A stretch of DNA of 64,000 bases from positions 1,922,001-1,986,000 of the forward strand of contig NEEC01000012.1 in NCBI GenBank assembly GCA_002189035.1. Reading direction: 5' to 3'. The position numbers and the translations under genes were made by a program. The stretch comes from Utricularia gibba. Taxonomy: Eukaryota > Plantae > Magnoliophyta. Shown piece by piece: positions 24,055 to 36,704 of the stretch. The first letter of the stretch is position 1, and the number at the start of each line of letters is the position of its first letter. Under the pieces are notes generated by a model. The model was not told the origin of the DNA, searched no databases, and saw only the letters and a list, made by a program, of their open reading frames with translations.

Positions 24055-26880
24055 TCAATGCCTGAAGTGCCTTACTTGGGTGAAGACGAGTGCAACTCCG
24101 TACTTGTTGCAGCAGTCCACCGCGTCGGGATCCCTCAGGCTGCCGCCCGGCTCTGCGATCACGCCGACGCCGCTTCGACACGCTTCCTCCACGGCGTCGT
24201 TCCAAGCTGCGACGATGCACCACAACACAAAACTAAGAGGTGATGGAGGATTCCAAGCACGCCTTCTAGAAGGAAAATGTACCGAATGGGAAGAACGCGT
24301 CGCTGGCCAGAGCAGCTCCCGTGATGTTATCCCCTGCCTTCTTCATCGCAATCCTCAAGCTCTCGAGACGGTTCGGCTGGCCGCATCCCATACCGAGCAT
24401 GCAGTTGTTCTGTCCAAAATAAACTTGCTGCAGTGAAAACTAGTGAAGTGTGCAGGAAGTCAGGGGAAATGCAGACCTTGGCTATGACAATGGCGTTGCT
24501 CTTCACATGTTTTACGCAGAGCCATGCGAATTTGGCGTCGTCGAGTTCATTTTCCTGTGGGGATTTCTCTGAGCGGACACTGAACTGGATATCCTCCAGG
24601 CTTAGCTGATCTGCCTCCTGAACCAACCAGCCACCGCTGACTTGCCTCAGTGAAATCTTTCCTCCGGTGCTTTTGGTTGCCTGGAGGATTCTCAAGTTCT
24701 TGGACTTCCCTCGGAGTATTTCGAGGCCCTTTTCGGAGTACTTGGGAGCGATGATGATCTCATAGAACATGCGGGTTTCTCCATCAGTTGGACTCCTGAA
24801 CTCTCTTATGTCTCTGGCTAAATCCTGAGAAGCAAATAGGATGAATACATCGAAAGGCCTGAGGATTTTGCAACGATCAAAGTTACCATATGCCCACGAC
24901 ATGTTCATTCGTAAAAATGAGGAATGCGACATGCATTAACAACAATCCAAGAATCTGTTTGGTGCAACTTCAACTTCAGTTTTAATAAAATTACTTCTAG
25001 AAGTAATTCTCAGACAAAACACACTATTTTTACTTTACATAGAATTGAAACACTGAAATGCTTCTTCAATATAGAGAATCACTTTTTTTAGAGTTATCTT
25101 TTTAAAGATGCATCAAACAGATCTTAAGTTACGAAGTAAAAACTGCATGTTGAGGAGTCAGATGTGTGATACCTCGTCGACTTCAACATTGAAGGCCACG
25201 ATGCCTCCAAAAGCACTAACAGGATCTGCTTTTACAGCCAGTCTGTATGCATCCACAATATTGTCGCGCGACGCCACGCCACTGTCAAGACTGAGTGTTC
25301 GACCAGTCAAAGCTGACCGAGTTGGGTGTTTGAGACACGTTTCAAGACTATCCACTGCACATGTTAATCAGGCATTTCATGTGTTGAACGAGCTTCTGCT
25401 AAACTAGAAGATAATTTTGGAATATTGAAATAATACTGAGTAATAAAGACTACACAGCCGTTGAAAGTGGGCAAGTCAGTGGTTTCGCGGGTTTGTTAGG
25501 CTGTTGAGATCTGAAACTTGGTCTCATTACATGATCTCATTAGATACTGTTTTTATGTGAAGTTTGTTACTTTTGAGTCTATAAAAACTGATGTCCACAA
25601 CTTGTGTTTGTGTTTCCTTCATTGCAATAGACATTGTTCTTCATTTTCTTACTATTTCAATCCAAAACCCTCTTTTTATTGCTGTTTTTTTCTTTGCACG
25701 ATTTCCTGTTAGAGTTCATCCCATTTTTCATCTAACAGCCGCAAGGATTGGTATGCTTCACCACAACACAGGTTGGTTTGCTGAATTCGCATACACAGCT
25801 CCAGGCAGCATCTGCATCTAAGATATTGTTATACGAGAGCTCCTGCATGATGAAAACATTTCATGAGTCACTCATTAGCTGAAGCATGGTAAAAGACACT
25901 GCACTGAGAAACATATTTAGCAGAACCAAAAATGGTTACAAAATGATGCATTATGGGCAGAAACATAACAAGGAACAATAGGCTAAAGGAAAACAACTCA
26001 GGCTCAATGAAATAGGGGATTATCATACCTTTCCATGGTGTTGTACAGCAGAGGCAATGCCACCAGCATTTACCTCTGCTAAAGACTTATCAGCATAAAA
26101 TGCAGCTTTCTGGTGAGGGTTTTCACCATACCGAAGTGAACTAATGAGGGACAAAGGTACTGCCATGGCGGGGGGGAACTTGCCTGTGAAAGATTTTGCA
26201 CATTATACATTTAAATGCAAACTGCTACTCCAAAGTGGTGTATTCTTTTCACATCCATGGGAAACAATACGTTAAATGAACTGGGAATGAAGAAATTGGA
26301 ACTACCTCTTTCAGTACTCTTCCACAACGATTCAGAGACATATGAAGCAACATGCTGAAAAGCCTTCCAAGCAAGCCACCTACGAAACAGCTGGTCGTCC
26401 TGGTTGTTCTTCAAAAATTCTAATAGTGCTGGATAATCATTGCAGTCTACTACAACTAGAACATCCTTATGATTCTGCAGAGAAAAAAGAGACGTTTATC
26501 CACATTAGGAATATCAAGGAATCCGGCCTCAAACATATACACATAACAAAAAGTTACAGAGAAGAGAAAAACATGAAGATAATAACCTCCTCTATAAATG
26601 GAAGTCAGTATTTGATCAGGTTGCATAATGAAACCTCAAGAAGTTATAGTTTTACCCAGTTCTCAAAGAGGAAGTTTACAGGGTCCTTGGCGAAAACCAA
26701 AAAAGTTACTGCTCTGACTACGAAAAACGAAGCATCAGTGTTTGAGCCTCATTTACCTTAGCCGCATGGCAGGTCCACCAATATCGATATTTTCAATCCC
26801 ATCTTCAAAAGATACCCCACAAGAAGCGGAAACTTTATCATAGAAGGGATATAAATTAACTACGACTACATCAAATGTAC
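24055..26880 (-). pseudogene. purH: 5'-truncated AICAR transformylase / IMP cyclohydrolase (PurH) pseudogene
   Basis: Exons encode [71 protein letters not shown]-terminal exons are absent; about 10 bp are deleted after GGPAM (frameshift); the usual DSA is missing after QHVASY; a solo LTR sits in an exon. Confidence 0.9.
25283..25737. mobile_element. Solo LTR (455 bp) inserted in a purH exon
   Basis: TGTCAAGA...TCTAACA ends; 5-bp TSD GCCAC (25278-25282) / GCCGC (25738-25742), one mismatch; excision restores HTNPCG-VASRD. Confidence 0.85.
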
Positions 26881-27160
26881 CTGTAGAAACACAAGTTTAC
26901 ATACAAATGAAGGATTAGAGTAAGTGGCCAAAATATCTAAGAAAAAGACACCCAAACTCTATTTAAGTATATGTAAAAATTTGGTACTAATGTGTGTATG
27001 TGTGTGAGAGAAAGGTCATATTGACCACTTTGGTAGAATTATCAATAAATGAGCTAAATCACCCTCATTCATACAGATCAAAATCAATTGGATCTTTCAG
27101 TGTTAATCAATCGAGTACATGGTTTTTGGAGTTTGGGCTTCATTCTCTTCTTCTTCTTCA

Positions 27161-29127
27161 ATGGCAAAGATACCTGTAGGAAGAAGACAGGTTCCTTTTT
27201 TGTTCAACTCCCTAAACAAGTCAACTTCACACAGTATGTCAATTACACCGAAGTCGCCCTCGGTTTTAGCCACCAATCTCATTATGTCATACTTTGAGGC
27301 GGGCCTCGTCAGAGACGCACGAGCGTTGTTCGACGAAATGCCTCAAAGAGATGTTATCGCTTGGTCAGCCATGATAAGTGGTTACAATTCGTGTAACTTA
27401 CCGGAATCGGCGTGGATGACATTCTTGCACATGATGCGGGATGCTGCTCGAACGCAGCCCAATGAGTTCACTTTCTCCAGTGTGCTGAAGTCATGTAAGA
27501 GCCTGAATGCTCTTTGTCTTGGGGCGTCTGTTCACGGCCTAACAACTAAGAGTGGTGTGCTTGATAGTAATTATGTGAGTAACTCGCTTATGGATGTTTA
27601 CGGCTCTTGCTGCTATTCCATTGATAGGGCTCTTGCTGTTTTTGATGAAATTGTGTATAAGAATACGGTTTCCTGGACAACCTTGATTGCCAGTTTTACG
27701 CACCTTGGTGATTGCCATGGTGGCCTTCGAATTTTCCAACGAATGTTGAAGGTATGTTAGTACTTTCCATATCTACTGGATCTTCAGTCCCCACCAAGAA
27801 AACCATACTGTTGAACCAGCCATCTTTTGGGATTACTCCTTGTGGCTTTTCCTTTTCAATGGTATTTTGTCAAACCTGATGGTAAATGAGTGATCCTCTG
27901 TTATGCATTTTCCATCAACAGGAAAACGCTGAGATAAATACGTTTAACATTTCAATTGCGATACGAGCTTCTGCATCAACTGGTATAGAAGTCTATGGGC
28001 AGCAGATTCATGCTATAGCACTCAAGCATGGCCTTGTATCCAGCATACCCGTGATGAATTCTATTCTAGACATGTATGCAAGGTGCACTAGTTTGATGGA
28101 AGCAGATCGCTGTTTCGATCAGATGGTGGAACGGGATATAGTCTCTTGTAACACCATGATTGCCAGATATGAGAAACTAGATCCATATAAAGCTTTGTGC
28201 CTATTCTCTAGATTAGAATCCCAAGGCCTCACTCCTAACTGTTTCACATTTACCACAGTTGTAGCTGCAGCAGCTAACATGGCTGCCTTGGGAGTTGGAC
28301 AGCAGGTTCATGGAGGAGCTCTGAGACGAGGTCTTGATCTAGATGTTTGCTTAGGCAATGCTTTGGTCGACATGTATGCGAAATGTGGCAGCATTGTGAA
28401 CTCATGCAGAGTTTTCAACGAAATGCATTCAAAGAATGTTGTCTCTTGGACATCTATTATCAATGGGTATGGGAGCCATGGCCATGGCGTGGAGGCCATA
28501 CAAATGTTTGAGCAGATGATTCAATCTGGAGTCAGGCCTGATCGTATTGTCCTCGTTGCAGTCCTCAATGCCTGTAGTCATGCGGGGCTTGTAGATGAGG
28601 GCCTGCAATATTTCAAATCCATGATCGCTGCTTATGACATTCAACTAGATCAAGAGATTTATGGTTGTCTTGTAGACTTGTTGGGTCGTGCTGGGCGAGT
28701 CAACGAAGCATATCAGGTGATCGAAGCCATGCCATTTATGCCTGATGAATCGGTATGGGGAGCGTTTCTCGGAGCCTGTAAAGCGCACAAGCGTGCTGAG
28801 TTGGGGAAGCTAGCTGCAACCAGAGTGTTGGATTTAAAACCAAGCATTTCAGGAACTTACATGGCAGTGTCAAACATATATGCAGATGATGGGAAGTGGG
28901 AAGACTCTGCAAGGGTAAGAAAACTATTGAGAGGAATTGGAAACAAGAAAGAACCTGGAAAGAGTTGGATAGAGGTAAGCAGCCAAATCATCAGCTTCAT
29001 AGCTGCAGACAGATTGGGTCCTCACATTGAATCTGTTCATGAAACTGTAAACATACTTCGCCTGCATATGGAACCACCCCGACTCAGCCAGGAAGACATA
29101 CAGTTATTGGCATATTATATAAACTAG
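27161..29127 (+). CDS. PGN: PLS-class (E-type) PPR protein, PGN/PCMP-E64 (At1g56570)-like, about 598 aa
   Basis: Exons 27161-27751 and 27922-29127 join in phase 0; tandem P-L-S motifs and an E domain (WGAFLGACKAH...EPGKSWIE); strong resemblance to At1g56570 as recalled. An alternative ATG lies at 27119. Confidence 0.85.
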
Positions 29128-29441
29128 AGGGAACTTGAGGATGAATAGGATGGTCGTCAAACTCCATCATGCACAAAGCTACAATCAGAAGAGTTGGATT
29201 TAATTCAGAAAGGGATCCAATAACTTCAACCAGAAAAGATAGATTGATTCAGAGTAGGCAACCTCGGAAATTCAGGTCAGTAAATTGCAACTTGATACAT
29301 TTGCAATGCTTAATTAACTAAAGCCACAAATAACCACATCCTTGTTCTTATTCTCTAAGAGTACAGGTGAAGTAATGAAACTTTGAACACATGCTCCTTA
29401 TTCATAATGGAGAGTTTCAAGGCTGATTTGGGGTTCAAGGG

Positions 29442-29650
29442 CTAAGCCTCCTTCATCCCCATGGCAGCTACGATGTTCAAGTTTTCCAACAGTACTTCGA
29501 CACCCCCTGGTTCTCTTGATCACCAGCATCGACAGGCAATATAGCTTCTCCTCCCCATTGTCGAGCTGAAAGAGGCGTCCTTTGTCGGGAAATAGCCCGC
29601 AATCCAGCCGCCCAGAAATGGATTTTCCGAGTCAGCGGATCATCGATATC
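29442..29650 (-). pseudogene. 3' remnant of a DUF538/SVB-like paralog
   Basis: Aligns with 14628 to about 14838 with indels; the shared 3' flank extends from about 29090; the 5' part is replaced by AT-rich sequence. Confidence 0.85.
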
Positions 29651-30728
29651 TAGATATTTGGAATCAGAAACCGTGATTCCAACCTATGCGAAATCAATGG
29701 AATTAACAGTTCAAACCGATGATTCATCGGTTTATGTGGTATCAGGCATCCACATGTAGTTAAAGGTGTGTAAAATAGTCTTGAAAAATAAAAATTAATT
29801 CTTAGACACTTATATTAGCCATTATAGATGTCTAAAAATGATTACATACATCTTTAATAGTCATTTTGAAAATGGAAAAAAACATTTAAAAGAACAATCT
29901 GTTTTCAATACATTCATAACAATTTATGTGGATGTTTAGGAAATATTCTACATTTTTTAGAATAGTTTTTAAATATTTTTAACAGGTGTTATAAAAGTTC
30001 GAAAACATTCAATTTCGATTTAGATTTAATTCAACGTATTTAGTTCTGATTTCGATTCAATTTAAAGTTTAAAAATTCAATTTCAAATGGAAATCAAAAT
30101 TGAAATCGACAATGAACTACAGTTTATGAACCAACAGTTCATAGAAACCGTTTGATTCCAAATCGAAACCAATTGGTTCAGAACTGTTGCAACTCTATCT
30201 CAAAGCATCACTAAAAGATGCAATTTTTATGAGAGGGATTGGGTTCTCTTATAATTTTACCAGTTCAAAGATCAATTTGTGAAGCTATGGATGTTCTTTG
30301 TCAATTAGGTAGATTACATGTATTTCTTCTGTTCACCAAATCATATATTACTGCTCGAAATTAACGTAACAATTTCTTCTAATTCGGTCACAATTCTTGA
30401 TATCACATATATTGTTCCTGAAAACCATGTTGCACACAGCGAAAGTTTTCATCTTTTCAAGGTGCCCTGCGAGTTTAGAATGACTAAATCTTTCAGCTTC
30501 GATATGTGTAGCTCCGATATTGTTATATTGGCCTTTTTTTTTCTAAAACTGAGGATGTAGCGTTGGCTTATATGAATCTGCTAGTATAAATTGAAAAGGA
30601 ATTCAACAGTGGCCGCTCTAACTTCTCCTTATATTTTTTTCCTTTTTTAAGCAGCGAACAATGGACGCCGTGCTCAGGCGCATCTGCTAGCGGACTCCTC
30701 AACTGGCAGCCGAGACAAAATAAAAATA

Positions 30729-33700
30729 ATGCCCAAAGTCACCTCCAAGAGCTCCCCCGATCAGGATCAGGTGAATTCGCCTTCTTTTGCTCTCGAATGT
30801 CGTTGTGCTTCCTGTATTCTTCTTTTTTCCAACACGGGTTTCTGTTTTCGTGTCTCTGAAAAAGTGTTGCTTGCTCGATTACCAAACTTGAACATACCCA
30901 CGTAAATAGTTGGAGCCAGTAGCCTCCCTAAACGAAAAGAAAAAAAAAAAAAAAGAATGCTGCGATTTTTCATTCCTACCTAAGAAATAGAAGAAAAGTT
31001 TCTGCTTTCTGGTTTCATGGTGATAAGCCGGTATCTTTTTCGAGTTATATCAGGTTAAAGTCGAAAAGTGTATCACGGACACATGCGTTGGTTTTCTTTC
31101 TGGATTTTAGTATTACTATCGTTGGGTTAGCGTGCCATTTAAAGGAGGGATACCCTCGTTTGAAAGAATGCAGGCTGGAAATGAACAATGTAAATGATAC
31201 TTGAAGCCTGCTTTCCACGGCCCCATTAGTTAAATGGATCAATTTGGTGTGGCTCCTGCTTTTTTATGGGATGATTGTTAATTTTGATATTTGTTCCACT
31301 GTCTCCCTTGAACTTATCTGGATTGTTTTTCGTATGCAGGATGTTTTGAATAAATTACAGGATTGGGAAGTGCCATTTGCTGACAAAGAGAAACAAATGA
31401 GGTCAACTGATTTTGGGAAGGACAAGATTGTTAGTTCATTCCCCTCGCTTCGTGATGATTTTTTTGAAAGTAAAAACAATAGGGACAACCTGTTTCCTCT
31501 GTAGTGAATTATCATGTATAATTTGTTATTATTCTCAACTTGATGGAAGAGCTTTTTTTGGAGATTGTTATTATTTTCTCTCTAGAACATTACGTCATGC
31601 TGAAATTGAAGTTTGAAACTCCTTATGATTTATCTTTTTTCTCTGCCTTGGATATTTCGATTTCAGAAAAGTAGGAATGCTGGAAGTCGAGTTTCAGAGA
31701 GCACTCCAAGTGCTGTCAGTCAGTATGGTTATCTGAAGGAATATGAGGCTCTTAGTCAGTTATCAAGTAGAAGTAATTCTCAAGACAACTTTGTTGATGC
31801 GAGTTCTGAGAAGGAGATGGTATGCTTTTGCTCCAATCATTTCTTTGTTCGTGGCTTTCTATGGCATGATTGTGTCTGAGTTTTTGTAATTAAGATCATT
31901 TTATTGGAATTGGTGAATAGGGCAATCAATTTTTTAAGAAGCAGAAATTCAATGAAGCAATTGATTGCTATTCAAGAAGCATAGCACTGTTACCTTCTGC
32001 AGTGGCTTTTGCAAACAGGGCGATGGCATACATCAAAATTAAAAGGTACACATTTTTTATGCTTGGTTAAATTTGAAACTTGTACTGATAGACACTTGCA
32101 ATGTGGCAAAAGATTCCATGAGGCTGAGAATGATTGCACTGAAGCCTTGAACTTAGATGATAGATATATCAAGGCATATTCTAGACGAGCAACAGCAAGG
32201 AAAGAGCTAGGTAAACTCAAAGAAGCAATTGATGGTCAGTATTATTTTCAAAACTTGATTTTTAATTGCTTCTGAATTATTCACTGCTTCTTCTCATTGA
32301 CTGTGGTGGATTTAAAAGCAGATGCTGAATTTGCATTAAAGTTGGAACCGAAAAACCAAGAGCTAAAGAAGCAGTATGAAGAATCAAAAAAGTTACTTGA
32401 GAAGGTCTGAGTTTTACCTAGCGTTGAGAATTAAAATTCTCCTTCTTTTGTGATCAGAAATCAGATGGTGTCTAGTGGATTTGAAACACTACATTTAAGG
32501 TCTGAGCATTATTCCTTTAGTTTTCAACTGCCATTTCTTGGAGTAGTTTTGCCATTATTCTTCCGCATGTGATTGCACATCCGAATGCTTTCACATGAGC
32601 TGAAGTCGTTGTTCATTGAAGTGGAGAACTTGATTTTCTTAGATTTCTGTGGCATGGAAAAGTTATTCCCTGGAAAGTTTTTATGCTGCAATCTCTGTTC
32701 TCTGCCAATGCTTCCTACGTTTCAGGAAATCTTGAAGAAGTTGTCTGGGGCAACTTCTGGTTCCATGGATATATCTTTACAGGGAAAGTCAAAAGCTGAC
32801 AAAAGTAACAGTGAGCAGAAGCTCCCACCTGCCTCTTCCACTTCTTCTGGAAGAGTGACTGAGCTAGGCAATTCTCACGTGGTCTGTCATTCAACTTTTA
32901 TTTTGAAACCTGATACATATCGTATCTCAGCTTCATTTTCCTAATCTGATATTAAACATAAACTAGTTAAAAAACAAGAACAATCTTTCTGCATTTTTCT
33001 TAAAAAGGGGTTGAACTTTTGGAACATGCATCCACTTGAATGATCTAACCTTGCATTATATTTTTTTCTTGGTCCTTGATAATTCGTCATTGTATCTTAC
33101 CTGCAAAAACATTTGACAGGATTATAATAGTAGAACATCTCAGTCCAAGACAAATCTGGAAATGGATGAACACAATATAAGCAGTAATAGATTTAATGCT
33201 GACGCTGGCAAAGAGGGCTCAAAGGTTTGATGATTTTCTACTTACTGTATCTACATCCCAACCCGTGGGTTTATGTGTTCAATTATTCTGAGTGGAATGT
33301 TGAACTGAATTTATAACAAAGTGGGCTAGTCCTGCTTCGTTCTGTATACACCCATAGAAGCCTTTAATGAGGAAGAAGCATTACTATTTTCTTGTATGGT
33401 GTTTCAAGTGCTATTCAGTAGATGCAGGCTCTTATATTGTGTGTTTTTTTTTTCATAATTTTCAGTGGGTGCTCTCCAAGTCTCTAACTGATCTTCCCTC
33501 CCAATTCTAACAGAGGAAACTTGCTGACCAAAAGGAGATATTGAGGGCATCAGTTCAAGAGCTGGCCACCAAAGCAGCTAATGTTGCAAAGGCTGAAGCT
33601 GCAAAAAACATTGTTACGCCAACTTCAGCATATCAATTTGAGCTCTCCTGGCGTGGACTTTCTGGTGATCCGCATTTGCAGGCCCGCTTGTTAAAGGTCA

Positions 33701-34418
33701 ACACACGTTGATGTTATGTTATTTGCTGTCCATCTATTTGCAGCTTGCCGTAGAGATTCACTTTTTTGGAACTAAAAACCCCTGTTGGTGGTTTAGAGAG
33801 ATCACACAAATTTACAAAAAGTGTCATGCCTCCTTTTATGCAGGCAACTTCACCGTCCACATTGCCTGGGTTATTCAAAAATGCTCTGTCAGCTTCATTA
33901 CTTGTTGAGATCGTTAGGTGCATCAGCACCTTTTTCCAGTAAGATGCTCATATTATAACATAAGCATGCTTGTCTTTCCCTCATCGATTATCATGATGAC
34001 ATCTTTCGCTCTGTATGCAGAGAAGATACAGCTTTAGGCATTGAATACTTACAGTGGTTGACCAAAATCCCAAGATTCGACATGATCATCATGTGCCTTC
34101 CCTCTGCTGACAAAGATGGTATGTAACGTATCTCAGTAATTTCAATATTTTCTGCTTCTGGATGAGAGCAATAAGAATTTCTCTGCACGTGGGAAACAAC
34201 CCCTTCTTCTACCCACCCTGTTTGGTCATGGATCTTGTCATCTCTGCAAGCTGGGGCACATCAACCACAGAAAGTATTAGCAGCAGCAGCATTCCTTTCT
34301 GAGCACTGTTTTCTTTTGAATTGAAACAGATATTACCAGGATCTGGGACGAAGTCTTCAGCCCGTACAGTGTAGCTAAACTGGGGGACCTGCGCCCAAGA
34401 TTCTGCCCAAAACGTTAA
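30729..34418 (+). CDS. TPR5: RPAP3-like carboxylate-clamp TPR protein (TPR5/At1g56440-like), 12 exons
   Basis: Exons traced with GT-AG sites (first 30729-30770, last ends TAA 34418): LQDWE, KEMGNQFFKKQKFNEAIDCYSRSI, CTEALNLDDRYIKAYSRRATARKELG, and a C-terminal RPAP3_C-like region (SAYQFELSWR, PRFDMIIMCL). Confidence 0.9.
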
Positions 34419-35586
34419 TGGGGTTCTACTACTAGTTCAGAAACCAGACCCCAGTTCCAGCAGCGCAGTAGTAGAGTGTAATTTACAACTTTTTGAGAGG
34501 CAGAAAAGTAATATCATATACTTCTTATGACCCGACCCGAAGCCGTTGAAGAAGCCCAGTATTCCCCGGCCCAATAAGCCGTTGATGAATGATGATGATA
34601 TCTCGTACACATAAATTAATAAATAATATAATTAAAATATATAAATGGGAGGATTGATGCAGTGCCTTATCTTATCCCAATGAACAAGTAGCACGCATCC
34701 CGACGGAGGGGAAGCTGGGCTTCCCACGCTTCCTCTATTTTAAACATTTTTTTTTGAAAAATAATTCGAGCAATTTCTTTTTTAAAAAAAAGCATAAATC
34801 TAGAAGCGATTTTTTATAACCAAGAATTTATTTATAAACATATAATTTTATTTTACTGAAAAATGTTTTTTTTATAATTATAACAAAACAAAAGTCTTTA
34901 TGTCCATGAAAAACAAAAAAATAATTATTTTTTAGCTGATGTCATGAGTCACTCCTCAAAATCAAATAAATTATATAAAATTATTCATTTTTAATTTTAT
35001 TTAAAAAAAATTTCATAAAAACAAAATATGACTCTTGACCCATTTTAAATACACGATAAATCGTTATTCAATGATCATTTAAAACCTAGATTAAATAGAA
35101 TAATCACATAAATCTTTAATAAATCATTTTCTTATCGATCATGATTCAAGACTCTCATTTTAGCTGGAGTACAATTCACCTAGGATAAATTTTTAAAATA
35201 TTTAATGAATTATCTATTTAAATCATCAAATATATGAAGTAATGTGAAAAGTAGAGATTTGGGGGAATCCTAGGGCCAATTTAGGATGAGTTGACTCTCA
35301 AGCCTATATGTGAAACCACAGGATGCTTCTGTTTGACATTCAATATTCAGGATAAAAAAAAATTTATTCCATTATTTTAATAATTATTCATTCTCATTCT
35401 ACTGTTGAATAATTGCGCATGATACCACTTTATTTTAATATATTATATATATAGTTTTTTTTATCATGGACACTCCCTGGATGATGAGTCCAATTCATTA
35501 GAAATTCAGCAATAAATCAGGTTTTTTTATTATAAAAAAAAAAAAAAGGTACCAGTGGCCGCGCGAGTCTCGTTGTACCCTTCTCT

Positions 35587-35594
35587 TATAAATA
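35587..35594 (+). promoter_or_regulatory. TATA box of the NAS gene
   Basis: TATAAATA located 72 bp upstream of the ATG at 35659. Confidence 0.6.
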
Positions 35595-35658
35595 CCAGCG
35601 AGTCTCGGCGAGAAAACCTCAGAGGAGTGTACGGAGGGGCAGCTCTCACCGGGAAAAA

Positions 35659-36704
35659 ATGGTGTGCGCTTCCGATCCCCTGGTTCAAAAAATCACCGAG
35701 CTCTACCGCAAAATCTCCGCCATCGACGACCTTCGCCCATCGGAAGCCGTGAACTGCCTCTTCTCTCAACTCGTGCTCCTCTGCATTCCGCCGCACCCGA
35801 TCGACGTCACTAATCTCTGCTCCTCGGTCCAAGAGATCCGCCAGAACCTGATCCGTCTCTGCGGCCAAGCGGAGTCTCTATTGGAATTCCACTTCTCCGC
35901 GATTCTCTCCCAATTTCCGCTCCCACTCGAGCAGCTCAACATCTTTCCTTACTACTCGAATTATCTCAATCTCTCTCGCCTTGAGTGCTCGCTGCTCCGG
36001 CGCCACTCCGCTGCACCACGCCGCCTCGCGTTCGTCGGATCTGGCCCGCTTCCGTTGACCTCCATCGTCCTCGCGAAGCACCACCTGAAATCCACCGTGT
36101 TCCATAACTTCGACATCGACGCCGATGCTAATTCCGCCGCCGCGCGTCTGATCTCCGCGGACTCCGATCTCTCGCGGCGGATGTCGTTCATCACTCAGGA
36201 TATCATGGATGTGCCCGCGGCGGTGCTGAGGGAATACGACGTCGTCTTCCTGGTAAAATATCAACGGAGCTTAGTCAGTAGTCACATACAAATAAGCCAA
36301 CCAAACCATCGGTCGGCATCAAGATCATAATTGTCATTTGTTTTTTTCCCCCCTTCCAGGCCGCGCTCGTGGGGATGGACATCGAGGAGAAGATGAACGT
36401 GATCGACCATCTCGCCGCCAACATGGCGCCGGGGGCCGTCTTGATGCTACGGAGCGCGCACGGCGCTAGGGCTTTTTTATACCCGGTGGTGGAGCCGCGA
36501 CACCTCAAGGGGTTCGAGGTGTTGTCGGTGTTCCATCCCACCGACGAGGTGATCAACTCCGTCGTGGTGGCGCGGAGGTGCGCCAAACCGGGGCACCTGG
36601 TCAGCGGAGGGCAAGCTTTGCTGTGCAGCAAGTGCGCCGGCGTGGAGTCCTTCAACGCCCTTAGCCTCGTGGGAGAGGTCGGCGCCGAGGATCACATGTG
36701 CTGA
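35659..36704 (+). CDS. NAS: Nicotianamine synthase, 312 aa, two exons
   Basis: Exons 35659-36252 and 36360-36704 (107-bp GT-AG intron, phase 0). Motifs FPYYSNYLNL, AFVGSGPLPLTS, YDVVFL|AALVG, LRSAHGARAFLYP, FHPTDEVINSV, LLCSKC. Confidence 0.95.

Noticed and set aside
27752-27921. Intron in a PLS-class PPR gene as a novelty
   Set aside because: The break falls at a single phase-0 site in an otherwise ordinary ortholog, and I cannot exclude that it is ancestral in this orthogroup.
34700-34730. Perfect hairpin GGGAAGC-TGG-GCTTCCC as a Helitron 3' end
   Set aside because: No CTRR terminus at the expected distance and no 5' TC end identified; more likely part of a MITE.
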